Assembly: GCA_037447215.1 (NCBI GenBank)
Contig: JBBIHB010000008.1
Coordinates: 39,923-103,922 of the forward strand
DNA length: 64,000 nt
Direction: 5' to 3'
Source of the DNA: Bacteroidales bacterium
GTDB taxonomy: Bacteria; Bacteroidota; Bacteroidia; Bacteroidales; Prolixibacteraceae
The first letter of the stretch is position 1. Every line of letters starts with the position of its first letter. Made by a program: the position numbers and the translations under genes. The notes under the pieces were generated by a model. It made no database searches. It worked only from the letters and a program-made list of their open reading frames with translations, and was not told where the DNA came from. Shown one piece after another: positions 10,024 to 19,622 of this stretch.

Positions 10024-10130
10024 TATAAATTGTTTTGTTTTTTAATGGTCAGATGGAATTTCCATGAGAGATGTTATTCATAACGGTTTGTGTTTCTGAA
10101 ATCATGGAAATTTCATGCTTCAAATTTCAG
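10024..10130 (+). repeat. Copy B of the ~107-nt intergenic element (paired with 4351..4460)
   Basis: Same-orientation copy. A 15-bp stem pairs 10053-10067 with 10102-10116. It lies in the divergent region between the kinase operon (ATG at 10020, minus strand) and the DUF1573 gene. Confidence 0.7.
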
Positions 10131-10215
10131 GAAAACCTATGAATTCAATAAATCTGTTTAACAATTCATTAACAATAAATTACACCCGATTAACAAATCG
10201 CTTAATACATTGCTG

Positions 10216-10223
10216 TAACTTTG
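10216..10223 (+). promoter_or_regulatory. Bacteroidota -7 box (TAnnTTTG) upstream of the DUF1573 gene
   Basis: TAACTTTG lies 44 nt upstream of ATG 10267. Confidence 0.4.
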
Positions 10224-10266
10224 TAAATATAATTGAAAATTGATTTATTTCATTAAACAATACACT

Positions 10267-11349
10267 ATGAAAAAGTTATTTACCTTAGCAATGGTATTGC
10301 TTGTTGCAGGAGTATTGAACTTTGCCGCATCACAGGGCAAACCAAAAATTGTGTTTGATAAAACAGAACACAATTATGGATCGTTTAAAGAAAGCGATGG
10401 CATACAAACAGCTACATTTGAATTTACAAACCAGGGAACTGCTCCCCTGATCCTGAACAACGTGAGTGCATCATGTGGATGTACAGCACCCGAGTGGACC
10501 CGTCAGCCAGTTGCCCCCGGAGCAAAAGGGGTAATAAAACTTGCTTATAATCCTGCCAACCGGCCTGGAGCATTCAGTAAAACTGCCTCGGTAAGCAGCA
10601 ATGCAGAAACGCCAATGGTGGTTTTGACCATCAGTGGGAGAGTTGAAGAAAGACAGAGAACCATAGCTGAACTTTATCCCCGCGAGATTGGCGAACTCAG
10701 AGCTGAACGTAACCATATTTCATTCCCCACTATTAAACAGTCAGAAATCAGGACCGAACAACTCGAACTGGTAAACGACACCGATAAGCCTATTTCTGTT
10801 GGATTCAGGCAACTTCCCCCTTTTATCAAAGCTTCGGTACAGCCACAAACCATTCCGGCCAAAGGAAAAGGAATGATGACTGTAAATTACGATGCAAGCG
10901 GGGCCAACACCTATGGTTTTGCTTCGCACCGTATTTATCTGAGCCTGAATGGGAGCAACGATTACAAAAGCTCGATCGGGGTCAGTGCTACCATCGAAGA
11001 GGATTTTTCAAGCCTTTCGGCAACCGACCTGGCTAATTCACCCGTTGCAACATTTAATACCACATCGTATGATTTTGGCGATATGAAATCGGGCGACAAG
11101 AAAGAATATACGTTTGAATTGGCCAACAAAGGGAAGCGCGACCTGATTATACGCAATGTACGTTCGTCGTGTGGCTGCACTGCTGTATCGCCTTCTAAAA
11201 ATGTTATTGCCCCGGGCGAAACAGCTCCGATTAAAGTAGTTTTTGATTCAACAGGTAAGAAAGGACGTCAAAGCAAAACAGTAACTGTAATCACTAACGA
11301 TCCGAAAAATTCCACAACCACACTCAGGGTCTCCACCAATATTACTTAA
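10267..11349 (+). CDS. DUF1573 domain-containing protein (at least two DUF1573 repeats), secreted
   Basis: ATG 10267 gives the signal peptide MKKLFTLAMVLLVAGVLNFAAS. The characteristic motif occurs twice (NNVSASCGCTAPEW and RNVRSSCGCTAVSP). Confidence 0.8.
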   Translation: MKKLFTLAMVLLVAGVLNFAASQGKPKIVFDKTEHNYGSFKESDGIQTATFEFTNQGTAPLILNNVSASCGCTAPEWTRQPVAPGAKGVIKLAYNPANRPGAFSKTASVSSNAETPMVVLTISGRVEERQRTIAELYPREIGELRAERNHISFPTIKQSEIRTEQLELVNDTDKPISVGFRQLPPFIKASVQPQTIPAKGKGMMTVNYDASGANTYGFASHRIYLSLNGSNDYKSSIGVSATIEEDFSSLSATDLANSPVATFNTTSYDFGDMKSGDKKEYTFELANKGKRDLIIRNVRSSCGCTAVSPSKNVIAPGETAPIKVVFDSTGKKGRQSKTVTVITNDPKNSTTTLRVSTNIT

Positions 11350-11455
11350 CGAATTACAATTTTTGCCATGATATTAGGCGTCAAGGAAAATATCTTTGAC
11401 GCCTTTCTTTTTCGGGTGTGGCTTTTTACTTCTATTTTTACAGGAAAATTTATGT

Positions 11456-12568
11456 ATGAAAATATCCACGGAACATATAGAAAACCATCCCGGTTATAAA
11501 GGACTTAAAGTAAATGAAGGCATAGAGCAACCAGCCCCGGTAAACGAAGAATCGGTTAGAAGGTTCCTGCAGAAACGAAAGCGAAGTTACTCTGTTAATG
11601 AGTATTTGGACGGAATTTTAAAGGGAGATATAACCATTTTAAGCAAAGCTGTAACCCTGGTTGAAAGCGCAAAACCCGAACATCAGGAAATTGCAGGAGA
11701 AGTTATCGGGAAGTGCCTGCCATTTAGTGGAAAATCAGTACGGATTGGAATTACCGGTGTGCCGGGTGCCGGAAAAAGCACTTTTATTGAAGCTCTTGGT
11801 AAAATGCTCACTTACCGTGGCCATAGGTTGGCAGTCCTGGCTATTGACCCGAGCAGCGTGCGGAGCAAAGGAAGTATATTGGGCGACAAAACCCGGATGG
11901 AAGAGCTTTCGGGCGATCAGAATGCTTATATCCGTCCAAGTCCTTCGGCTGGCTCCCTTGGGGGCGTTGCACGGAAAACCCGTGAAACAGTCATTATTTG
12001 CGAAGCGGCCGGTTTCGATACCATTTTTATTGAAACAGTGGGGGTTGGACAAAGTGAAACTGCGGTTCACCGCATGACCGACTTTTTCCTGCTACTGATG
12101 TTGGCTGGTGCCGGCGACGAGTTGCAGGGAATAAAACGTGGGATAATGGAAATGGCCGACCTGGTAGCCATCAATAAGGCTGATGGCAATAACGTTGAAA
12201 AAGCGCAGTTAGCGAAAATTCAATACCAAAATGCATTATACCTGTTCCCGGCAAAAGATTCGGGATGGGAGCCAAAGGTACTGACCTGTTCGGCGATCTC
12301 AAAATCGGGAATAGCCGAAATATGGGAGACAATTTTAAGATACATTGAACTGTCACGTGTAAATGGTTATTTTGATTCCAACCGTAATTCGCAATCGAGG
12401 TACTGGATGTACGATTCAATTGAAGAACAACTAAAATCGGGTTTCTATAACCACCCGGCTGTTAAAAAAAACCTCCACCTGATGGAGGATAATGTACTGC
12501 ATAACCGTATGAGTTCTTTTGAAGCAGCAAGGCAACTGCTTGTATTATACAAGGAACAAAACAAGTGA
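11456..12568 (+). CDS. meaB: Methylmalonyl-CoA mutase-associated GTPase MeaB/ArgK
   Basis: P-loop GITGVPGAGKST, then FIETVGVGQSE and INKADG. The start is trimmed to ATG 11456 because the upstream extension is hydrophobic junk. No mutase gene is adjacent. Confidence 0.85.
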   Translation: MKISTEHIENHPGYKGLKVNEGIEQPAPVNEESVRRFLQKRKRSYSVNEYLDGILKGDITILSKAVTLVESAKPEHQEIAGEVIGKCLPFSGKSVRIGITGVPGAGKSTFIEALGKMLTYRGHRLAVLAIDPSSVRSKGSILGDKTRMEELSGDQNAYIRPSPSAGSLGGVARKTRETVIICEAAGFDTIFIETVGVGQSETAVHRMTDFFLLLMLAGAGDELQGIKRGIMEMADLVAINKADGNNVEKAQLAKIQYQNALYLFPAKDSGWEPKVLTCSAISKSGIAEIWETILRYIELSRVNGYFDSNRNSQSRYWMYDSIEEQLKSGFYNHPAVKKNLHLMEDNVLHNRMSSFEAARQLLVLYKEQNK

Positions 12569-12598
12569 ATCGCTTTATGGCTGGTCAGGCTTTTTGAT

Positions 12599-12606
12599 TA
12601 GCTTTG
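12599..12606 (+). promoter_or_regulatory. Bacteroidota -7 box (TAnnTTTG) upstream of lpdA
   Basis: TAGCTTTG lies 59 nt upstream of ATG 12665. Confidence 0.35.
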
Positions 12607-12664
12607 ACAAACCTTTTATTTATAAATCTGTTAATTGCATAAGAAAAAATAAATACAAAATAAC

Positions 12665-14056
12665 ATGAATTACGATGTTTTGGTAATCGGTAGTGGACCG
12701 GGAGGATATGTGGCAGCAATCAGGGCTGCACAACTTGGTATGAAAGTGGGTGTGGTTGAAAAAGAGAGCCTCGGTGGAATTTGCCTGAACTGGGGATGTA
12801 TCCCAACCAAATCACTTCTTAAAAGTGCACAAGCTTTTGAATATGCTGTTCATGCTGCCGATTATGGAGTTTCCATTACCGGAGAAGTGAAGCCCGATTT
12901 TGAGGCTATGGTAAAACGCAGCCGTGTAGTAGCTGAAGGAATGAGCAAAGGGATACAGTTCCTTTTCAAAAAGAATAAAGTTGAAGTTGTTAATGGGTTT
13001 GGTAAACTTGCCGGTAAATACAAAGTAGAGGTAACTTCCGAGGATGGTAAAAAGACCGAAATTACAGCCAAGCATATTATTTTGGCAACCGGGGCACGTT
13101 CACGCCAGTTGCCCAATCTACCCTTCGACGGAAAAAAAATATTCGGCTACCGAACTGCAATGACCCTTCCAAAGCAGCCAAAATCCATGGTAGTGGTCGG
13201 GTCGGGAGCCATTGGCAGTGAGTTTGCCTATTTCTATCAATCAATAGGGACACAGGTTACCCTGGTTGAATTTTTACCCAACGTGGTGCCGCTCGAAGAT
13301 GAGGAAGTTTCGAAACAGCTCGAACGCTCTTTCAAAAAATCAGGTATGAAGGTAATGACCAACTCAACGGTTGAAAAAGTGGATACTTCAGCAGAACTTT
13401 GCAAGGTAACCATTAAGACCAAAAAAGGGGAAGAAGTGGTTGAGGCAGAAGTTGTACTGTCAGCAGTTGGGATCACACCCAATACCGAAGGGATAGGCCT
13501 GGAAGAACTCGGCATCGCGATGGAGAATGGACGCATAAAGGTGGATGACTTTTATCGCACCAATGTGGAAGGTGTTTATGCAATAGGCGATATTATTGCT
13601 ACACCTGCCCTGGCTCACGTAGCATCGGCCGAAGGAATTACCTGCGTTGAAAAAATTGCAGGGCACAACCCTGAACCAATTAATTACAACAATATTCCGG
13701 GGTGTACTTATACCAATCCGGAAGTTTCATCGGTTGGTCTCACCGAAGCAAAAGCCAAAGAAGCAGGCTACAATGTAAAAGTGGGTAAATTCCCGTTCTC
13801 TGCCAGCGGAAAAGCAAGCGCTGCCGGGCAAAAAGACGGATTTGTGAAACTGGTATTCGATGCTGAATATGGTGAACTTTTAGGGGCTCACATGATTGGT
13901 GGCAATGTTACCGAAATGGTGGCCGAACTGGTGGTAGCCAAAAAATTGGAAATTACCGGACACGAACTTATCAAATCGATCCACCCGCACCCCACTATGA
14001 GCGAAGCCATTATGGAAGCTGCTGCTGCTGCCTATGGTGAGGTGATTCATATATAA
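12665..14056 (+). CDS. lpdA: Dihydrolipoyl dehydrogenase
   Basis: FAD site VIGSGPGGYVAA, redox disulfide GGICLNWGCIPTK, NAD site VVGSGAIGSEFA, and C-terminal HPHPTMSE. Confidence 0.95.
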   Translation: MNYDVLVIGSGPGGYVAAIRAAQLGMKVGVVEKESLGGICLNWGCIPTKSLLKSAQAFEYAVHAADYGVSITGEVKPDFEAMVKRSRVVAEGMSKGIQFLFKKNKVEVVNGFGKLAGKYKVEVTSEDGKKTEITAKHIILATGARSRQLPNLPFDGKKIFGYRTAMTLPKQPKSMVVVGSGAIGSEFAYFYQSIGTQVTLVEFLPNVVPLEDEEVSKQLERSFKKSGMKVMTNSTVEKVDTSAELCKVTIKTKKGEEVVEAEVVLSAVGITPNTEGIGLEELGIAMENGRIKVDDFYRTNVEGVYAIGDIIATPALAHVASAEGITCVEKIAGHNPEPINYNNIPGCTYTNPEVSSVGLTEAKAKEAGYNVKVGKFPFSASGKASAAGQKDGFVKLVFDAEYGELLGAHMIGGNVTEMVAELVVAKKLEITGHELIKSIHPHPTMSEAIMEAAAAAYGEVIHI

Positions 14057-14081
14057 GCGTAATCAACATTTAAAAATCGAT

Positions 14082-14120
14082 AAAAGAGAATTGGTATTTC
14101 AGGCCTATTCTCTTTTTTTA
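14082..14120 (+). terminator. Rho-independent terminator after lpdA
   Basis: Stem AAAAGAGAAT (14082-14091) pairs with ATTCTCTTTT (14107-14116), followed by a T-run. Confidence 0.6.
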
Positions 14121-14189
14121 ATTTTGATTTATTTAATTAACTATTTTCAAAAACTATTGTTAAGTTAGTTGAATTATTTCAATGACGGG

Positions 14190-14609
14190 ATGAGTAGAAA
14201 ATTGACATTGGCTGAACTGAATGCCCTATCAGTGGGGAATATGGGCGAATGCCTGGGTATTGAATTTACCGAAGCGGGCGACGATTATTTATGCGGGCGA
14301 ATGCCGGTTGATCATCGAACCAGACAACCCATGGGATTGCTGCATGGGGGTGCCTCGGCAGCTTTTGCCGAAACACTTGGCAGTGTGGGTTCAGTCATGC
14401 TGGTAAACCCTGAAACCCATTCTGTTGTAGGTGTTGAAATTAATGCGAATCATTTACGAAAAGTTACCGGGGGATATGTTTATGGAAAAGCTACGATTGT
14501 TTCACGATCGGGGAAATTACATGTTTGGGATATCCGTATCACTAATGATAACAATGAGTTGGTTTGCCTATCGAGGCTGACCGTTATGATTATTGAACAT
14601 CGCAAATAA
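14190..14609 (+). CDS. menI: PaaI/YdiI-type hotdog thioesterase, probable 1,4-dihydroxy-2-naphthoyl-CoA hydrolase
   Basis: YdiI-like motif QPMGLLHGGASAAFAETLGS. It sits immediately upstream of menF, whose ATG is 2 nt after this stop codon, which supports the Men role. Confidence 0.7.
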   Translation: MSRKLTLAELNALSVGNMGECLGIEFTEAGDDYLCGRMPVDHRTRQPMGLLHGGASAAFAETLGSVGSVMLVNPETHSVVGVEINANHLRKVTGGYVYGKATIVSRSGKLHVWDIRITNDNNELVCLSRLTVMIIEHRK

Positions 14610-14610
14610 A

Positions 14611-15723
14611 ATGGATGTACAGTTGACTATACCGCTTTGTGAGTTTCAAATGGAGTTAATTGAATCAAATGTTCCATTTGCAAGCTATCGGTTACCCGGA
14701 GAGTTGAACCCTGTAACCATTTACCGAAACAGTGATGTGATTGAATACCAAAGGATAAGTAATATCTTGGATCAACATTCAGGTTTTGTTTTGGCTCCAT
14801 TTGCCGAAAATGAACCTGTTCTTTTTCTTCAGGCGGAACATATAATTGAAGGTTTTGAATTTGCGGTTCCCTCAATAAGTAAATTTTCATCGGGAAAGAT
14901 TTTTTTGGATGGACCTGAATTTGAGAGCATTGGAAAAGTCAAATATACAGAAAAAGTAAAACATGCTATTGAAAAAATACGATCGGGCGAAGCCGATAAA
15001 ATTGTGATTTCGAGGCGAATATTGAAAAAATGGCCTAATGCACCGCAATATTCAGGCGAATTGTTCCATCTGCTTTGCCAAATGTACCCATCTGCTTTTG
15101 TTTATCTGGTAAATCTTCCGGGAAAAGGGTTGTGGACAGGTGCATCGCCCGAAGTGTTCCTTAGCCGGAATAAAGGAAAAATTTCGACCATGTCTCTTTC
15201 AGGAACCCGGCCAAAAAAGGAGTCATTCGGAAAATGGGGTCAGAAAGAAATTGAAGAACATTTATGGGTCAGTCATTTTATATCGGAGACCCTCGAAAAA
15301 GCCGGTTGTATCGAAATTCTAGTTTCTCCCATGCACACTGCCGAAGCGGGAATTGTTGAGCACCTCAGGACTAATTATGAAGCCATGTGCCCCGAAGGAA
15401 AGCTTTCCCGGTTAATTGAAACACTTCACCCTACACCGGCTGTATGCGGTTGGCCTACCTATGCTGCTAAAAAGCATATTGAATTGATTGAACATTACGA
15501 CCGCTCATTTTATACCGGTTTTCTGGGACCGGTTTCTGACAATGGCGATTTTAACTTTTATGTGAACCTGCGATGCATGCACATCACCAGTAACCAGGCC
15601 GTAATTTACGTTGGGGGTGGTATTACCATTGATTCCGATCCTGAAACAGAATGGGATGAAACAGAATTGAAAAGTCGCACCATGTTGGGGGCTATCGAAA
15701 AAATAGCCAATTTTGCAGGCTAA
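14611..15723 (+). CDS. menF: Isochorismate synthase
   Basis: Chorismate-binding C-terminal domain (SGTRP...HPTPAVCGWP...FYTGFLGP...NLRCM...GGGI). The position in the men cluster agrees. Confidence 0.88.
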   Translation: MDVQLTIPLCEFQMELIESNVPFASYRLPGELNPVTIYRNSDVIEYQRISNILDQHSGFVLAPFAENEPVLFLQAEHIIEGFEFAVPSISKFSSGKIFLDGPEFESIGKVKYTEKVKHAIEKIRSGEADKIVISRRILKKWPNAPQYSGELFHLLCQMYPSAFVYLVNLPGKGLWTGASPEVFLSRNKGKISTMSLSGTRPKKESFGKWGQKEIEEHLWVSHFISETLEKAGCIEILVSPMHTAEAGIVEHLRTNYEAMCPEGKLSRLIETLHPTPAVCGWPTYAAKKHIELIEHYDRSFYTGFLGPVSDNGDFNFYVNLRCMHITSNQAVIYVGGGITIDSDPETEWDETELKSRTMLGAIEKIANFAG

Positions 15724-15733
15724 TTCTTCTTTG

Positions 15734-17422
15734 ATGAATCACGGTAAAAAAAACATCGGTCGTTTGGCCGAAATTATGGCCCGAAAAGGGGTTGTTCATG
15801 TTGTGGCATCGCCGGGTTCGCGAAATGCACCGTTTATTATTGTTTTTTCGAATAACGGTAAATTGAAACTGACCAGCATAGCCGATGAAAGGAGTGCCGG
15901 TTTTGTTGCGTTGGGAATGGCCATGCAATTAAAACAGACAGTTGCTTTGGTATGCACATCAGGCTCAGCCGCAGTAAATTATGCACCAGCAATTTCGGAA
16001 GCTTATTATCAAAAAATACCTTTGCTGGTTATTACAGCCGACAGGCCCTCCGCATGGATCGATCAGGGCGATGGGCAAACCATCAGACAGGACAGACTGT
16101 TTTCCAACTTCATCAGAAAAAGCTACAGCTTACCAGAGAGTTCAATCGACCCTGAATCGGAATGGTATTTCGGAAGAATTGTAAATGAAGCCATCGACCG
16201 TTGCAATTTTCCTGTTTCAGGTCCGGTACACCTTAACCTCCATGTTTCTGAACCTTTGTACGAACTTGATGGTGTGGATACAAACCCTGAAGTCAGGATA
16301 ATCGGGATTTCTGAAGCTAAACCTCAGATTTCAGATGAAACCCTTGCTGAACTGGCGAAAACCTGGAATTTTTCGGCAAAAAAAATGATACTTACAGGCC
16401 AATTCCACCCTTCGGATGCACCAGGGCAGGTTTTGTCACAACTTGCCAATGACCCTTCGGTAGTGGTGCTTACCGAAACAACCTCAAATTTAAGTGGAAA
16501 CCATTATCTTGGTTGTATCGACAGGGTCATTGAAGGAATAGTGGACGATGATCCCGATTTCACACCTGAACTTTTACTTACCATCGGAGGTGCGGTTGTG
16601 TCTAAAAAAATAAAATCCCTTCTCAGGAAAATGAGGCCCCGGCACCATTGGCACGTTAGCCCCGACCCGGATGAATTTCACTTCGATACTTATCAGTCGC
16701 TTACGCTAACCATTCCTGTAGAACCCGGTCAATTTCTTCAGCAATTGTCAAAAAAAGCACAGAAAGTTCACAGCAGCTACAGAAATAATTGGGTAACAAG
16801 AAATCAACACCGAAGGCAGAAGCATGGGGAATACCTTGAAATGGCAGGTTATACCGATTTAAAAGTATTTGAACAACTTTTTGATTGGATTCCCAATGGA
16901 AGCCATATCCATCTGGGAAATAGCACACCAGTAAGGTATGCCCAGCTTTTTGAGTACAGGCACAATTTTCATTTTTGGTCGAACCGGGGTACAAGCGGAA
17001 TCGACGGTTGTGTTTCCACAGCTGTAGGTGCAGCTATGGCTATTAATGAGATGGTTACAGTTATAACTGGCGATATCGGTTTTTTTTACGACAGCAATGC
17101 ATTGTGGAACCAATACCTTCCATCAAACTTCCGGATAATTCTGATCAACAATGGAGGAGGCAATATTTTCAGGATACTTCCCGGCCCCGACCGCTATAAA
17201 GAGTTGGAAACTTACATTGAAACAGCCCATAGTTATAGTGCACAGGGAATTACTGAAAATTTCGGCGTTGCATATTTTAGGGTTGAGAACCTTGAAGAAT
17301 TACATTCGTTATTGCCGTTGTTTTATAGTGACCTGACTAAACCAGCGCTGCTCGAAATTGTTACTCCTGCAATTGAAAGCGCTGAAACATTGCGGGAATA
17401 TTTTAAAAACCTTATGATATGA
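15734..17422 (+). CDS. menD: SEPHCHC synthase (2-succinyl-5-enolpyruvyl-6-hydroxy-3-cyclohexene-1-carboxylate synthase)
   Basis: ThDP enzyme. Motifs include [32 protein letters not shown] and the ThDP motif [12 protein letters not shown]...NNGGGNIF. Confidence 0.9.
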   Translation: MNHGKKNIGRLAEIMARKGVVHVVASPGSRNAPFIIVFSNNGKLKLTSIADERSAGFVALGMAMQLKQTVALVCTSGSAAVNYAPAISEAYYQKIPLLVITADRPSAWIDQGDGQTIRQDRLFSNFIRKSYSLPESSIDPESEWYFGRIVNEAIDRCNFPVSGPVHLNLHVSEPLYELDGVDTNPEVRIIGISEAKPQISDETLAELAKTWNFSAKKMILTGQFHPSDAPGQVLSQLANDPSVVVLTETTSNLSGNHYLGCIDRVIEGIVDDDPDFTPELLLTIGGAVVSKKIKSLLRKMRPRHHWHVSPDPDEFHFDTYQSLTLTIPVEPGQFLQQLSKKAQKVHSSYRNNWVTRNQHRRQKHGEYLEMAGYTDLKVFEQLFDWIPNGSHIHLGNSTPVRYAQLFEYRHNFHFWSNRGTSGIDGCVSTAVGAAMAINEMVTVITGDIGFFYDSNALWNQYLPSNFRIILINNGGGNIFRILPGPDRYKELETYIETAHSYSAQGITENFGVAYFRVENLEELHSLLPLFYSDLTKPALLEIVTPAIESAETLREYFKNLMI

Positions 17423-18243
17423 TTACAAAAAGGAAATGGTCAACCATTAAAACTTACGAGGAGATCAAATTTGAATTTTTTGAAGGAATTGCTAAGATTA
17501 CCATAAGCCGTCCACGGTATAGAAACGCTTTTACACCTGACACCATCAATGAAATGATTGATGCCATGCACCATTGCCGCGAAAACGATTCAATCGGGGT
17601 AGTGGTGATTACCGGCGAAGGCGACAAAGCATTCTGCAGTGGTGGAGATCAGAATGTGAAAGGGCATGGCGGGTATGTGGGGAAAGACGGTATTCCACGT
17701 CTGAATGTCCTCGATCTGCAAAAGTTGATCCGTTCGCTCCCAAAACCTGTGGTAGCTATGGTAAACGGTTATGCTATCGGCGGTGGGCATGTATTGCATG
17801 TTATCTGCGACCTTTCAATAGCATCCGATAATGCAATATTTGGCCAGACAGGCCCTAAGGTTGGTAGCTTCGACGGAGGATTCGGGTCATCGTACCTTGC
17901 CCGGATTGTCGGGCAAAAAAAGGCCCGGGAAATATGGTTCCTTTGCCGTCAATATTCAGCTCAGGAAGCACTCGAAATGGGATTGGTCAATAAAGTGGTG
18001 CCTTTCGATCAGCTTGAAGATGAGGTGGTTGATTGGTGTAAAACCATGATGGAACGCAGTCCCACGGCCCTGAGAATGATAAAAATGTGCCTTAATGCCG
18101 AACTCGATGGGCAGGCAGGCTTGCAGGAACTGGCAGGTAATGCAACTTTATTGTACTACCTCACTGAAGAGGCACAGGAAGGTAAACGTGCATTTCTTGA
18201 AAAACGTAAACCTGATTTTCAGCAGTTTCCAAAATTTCCGTGA
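17419..18243 (+). CDS. menB: 1,4-dihydroxy-2-naphthoyl-CoA synthase
   Basis: Crotonase fold. Motifs include [45 protein letters not shown] and C-terminal [14 protein letters not shown]. Confidence 0.95.
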   Translation: MITKRKWSTIKTYEEIKFEFFEGIAKITISRPRYRNAFTPDTINEMIDAMHHCRENDSIGVVVITGEGDKAFCSGGDQNVKGHGGYVGKDGIPRLNVLDLQKLIRSLPKPVVAMVNGYAIGGGHVLHVICDLSIASDNAIFGQTGPKVGSFDGGFGSSYLARIVGQKKAREIWFLCRQYSAQEALEMGLVNKVVPFDQLEDEVVDWCKTMMERSPTALRMIKMCLNAELDGQAGLQELAGNATLLYYLTEEAQEGKRAFLEKRKPDFQQFPKFP

Positions 18244-18356
18244 TAGACAAGGATAAAGGTTTTAGGATAAGAATTAAGGATAAAGGTTAAACCATCAGCT
18301 GACAGATAAAGGATAATGGTTAAGGGAGTACATAAATTCAAGTGGGAGATGAGGTA

Positions 18357-19268
18357 ATGAATGGTTTAAAAATAGCAATATGGTTAGGTTCAATACGGCC
18401 ACGAACTTTGCCACTTGCTTTGTCGAGTTCCTTAATGGGTAGCTTTGCAGCCCTGCATGATGGGGGGTTTAAGTGGAATGTTTTTGGTCTGGCATTGCTG
18501 ACAACCCTTTTTTTACAAATTCTAAGTAACCTGGCAAACGATTATGGAGATTCGGTTAATGGGGCCGATAACCCCGACAGGGTGGGTCCATCCCGGGCTG
18601 TTCAAAGTGGAAAAATACCCGCTTCAGAAATGAAACAGGCGGTTTTCATCACCTCCGCGCTTGCATTTACTTCCGGTATTATCCTTATAGGGGCTGGAGT
18701 AGGTTATAAGAACTGGTTGCCGTGGGTTATTTTTTTGCTGGTTGGTTTATTGGCAATTGCTGCAGCTATTTTATACACTGCCGGATCCAATCCTTACGGC
18801 TACAAAGGTTTTGGTGACCTTTTCGTTTTTCTGTTTTTTGGTATAACTGCTGTGGCCGGTACGTATTACCTGCACACCGGATACCTTAAAATTTTTGTGT
18901 TGCTCCCCGCTATCACGATTGGATTGCTAAGCACTGCAGTTTTAAACCTGAATAACATGCGCGATGTTGCAGGTGATGCCCGTTCAGGAAAACGAACCAT
19001 GGTGGTTTTGATGGGAAGTAAGTATGCCAGAATTTATCATTTTATAATGGTTATCGGGGCTATTTTAGCCTTGATTTTATGGTCGATTCTGAATTATACC
19101 TCAAATTGGCAGTTTATCTTTCTTTTAACACTTCCTTTATTCGTGCGCCATTTACTGGCAGTTTTGCGGAATAAATTACCTGCTGATCTCGACCCTCAGC
19201 TTAAAATATTGGCATTGAGCACTTTTATGTTGGTGATTTTGTTTGGTATGGGTGTAATATTATGTTAA
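18357..19268 (+). CDS. menA: 1,4-dihydroxy-2-naphthoate polyprenyltransferase
   Basis: UbiA-family polytopic membrane protein with motifs NDYGDSVNGAD and NNMRDVAGDARSGKRT. The start is taken at ATG 18357; the track uses GTG 18342. Confidence 0.9.
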   Translation: MNGLKIAIWLGSIRPRTLPLALSSSLMGSFAALHDGGFKWNVFGLALLTTLFLQILSNLANDYGDSVNGADNPDRVGPSRAVQSGKIPASEMKQAVFITSALAFTSGIILIGAGVGYKNWLPWVIFLLVGLLAIAAAILYTAGSNPYGYKGFGDLFVFLFFGITAVAGTYYLHTGYLKIFVLLPAITIGLLSTAVLNLNNMRDVAGDARSGKRTMVVLMGSKYARIYHFIMVIGAILALILWSILNYTSNWQFIFLLTLPLFVRHLLAVLRNKLPADLDPQLKILALSTFMLVILFGMGVILC

Positions 19269-19315
19269 ATATATTTTCTTTGTCACTATTGTCCAGTTAG
19301 AAAAAATTTAAAAAT

Positions 19316-19500
19316 GAGATACTTCGCTTCATTTCATTATGCTCAGAATGACAGCATGTCAGGTAATTGATGGCATTTGGGAGGAGTGGTTTTGCAGCAT
19401 TGGAGCAAAACCACCCCTCCCAAATGTAAAAGTATTCAAATACTCGTCATTCCGACTCAATCGGCTGACAGTGGGTAATCTCATTAAGTTAACCTGACAT
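19316..19500. repeat. Nested inverted-repeat element between menA and menC/E
   Basis: A central hairpin of 21 nt per arm with 20/21 complementary (19374-19394 with 19406-19426) and an 11-nt loop. An outer 9-bp inverted repeat, ATGTCAGGT (19356-19364) with ACCTGACAT (19492-19500). Flanking ~38-nt units share inverted termini: GAGATA...CAGAATGAC (19316-19352) and GTCATTCCGAC...TAATCTC (19446-19482). Confidence 0.7.
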
Positions 19501-19622
19501 TAGTGATTCTTTTTAAACTTTTTGACTTTGTGGGATATTCCAGATGATTGAGTTCCCATTAAGACAATAAGGACAAAATTTTGGAAATACAAACTGAAGC
19601 GAGATTTTTTATATTTGGAGAA

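Noticed and set aside
18249-18335. Purine-rich direct repeats AAGGATAAAGGTT (18249-18261 and 18276-18288) plus a related third copy in the menB-menA spacer
   Set aside because: They are short, low-complexity and SD-like. I cannot distinguish them from chance in a purine-rich spacer, and there is no associated structure.
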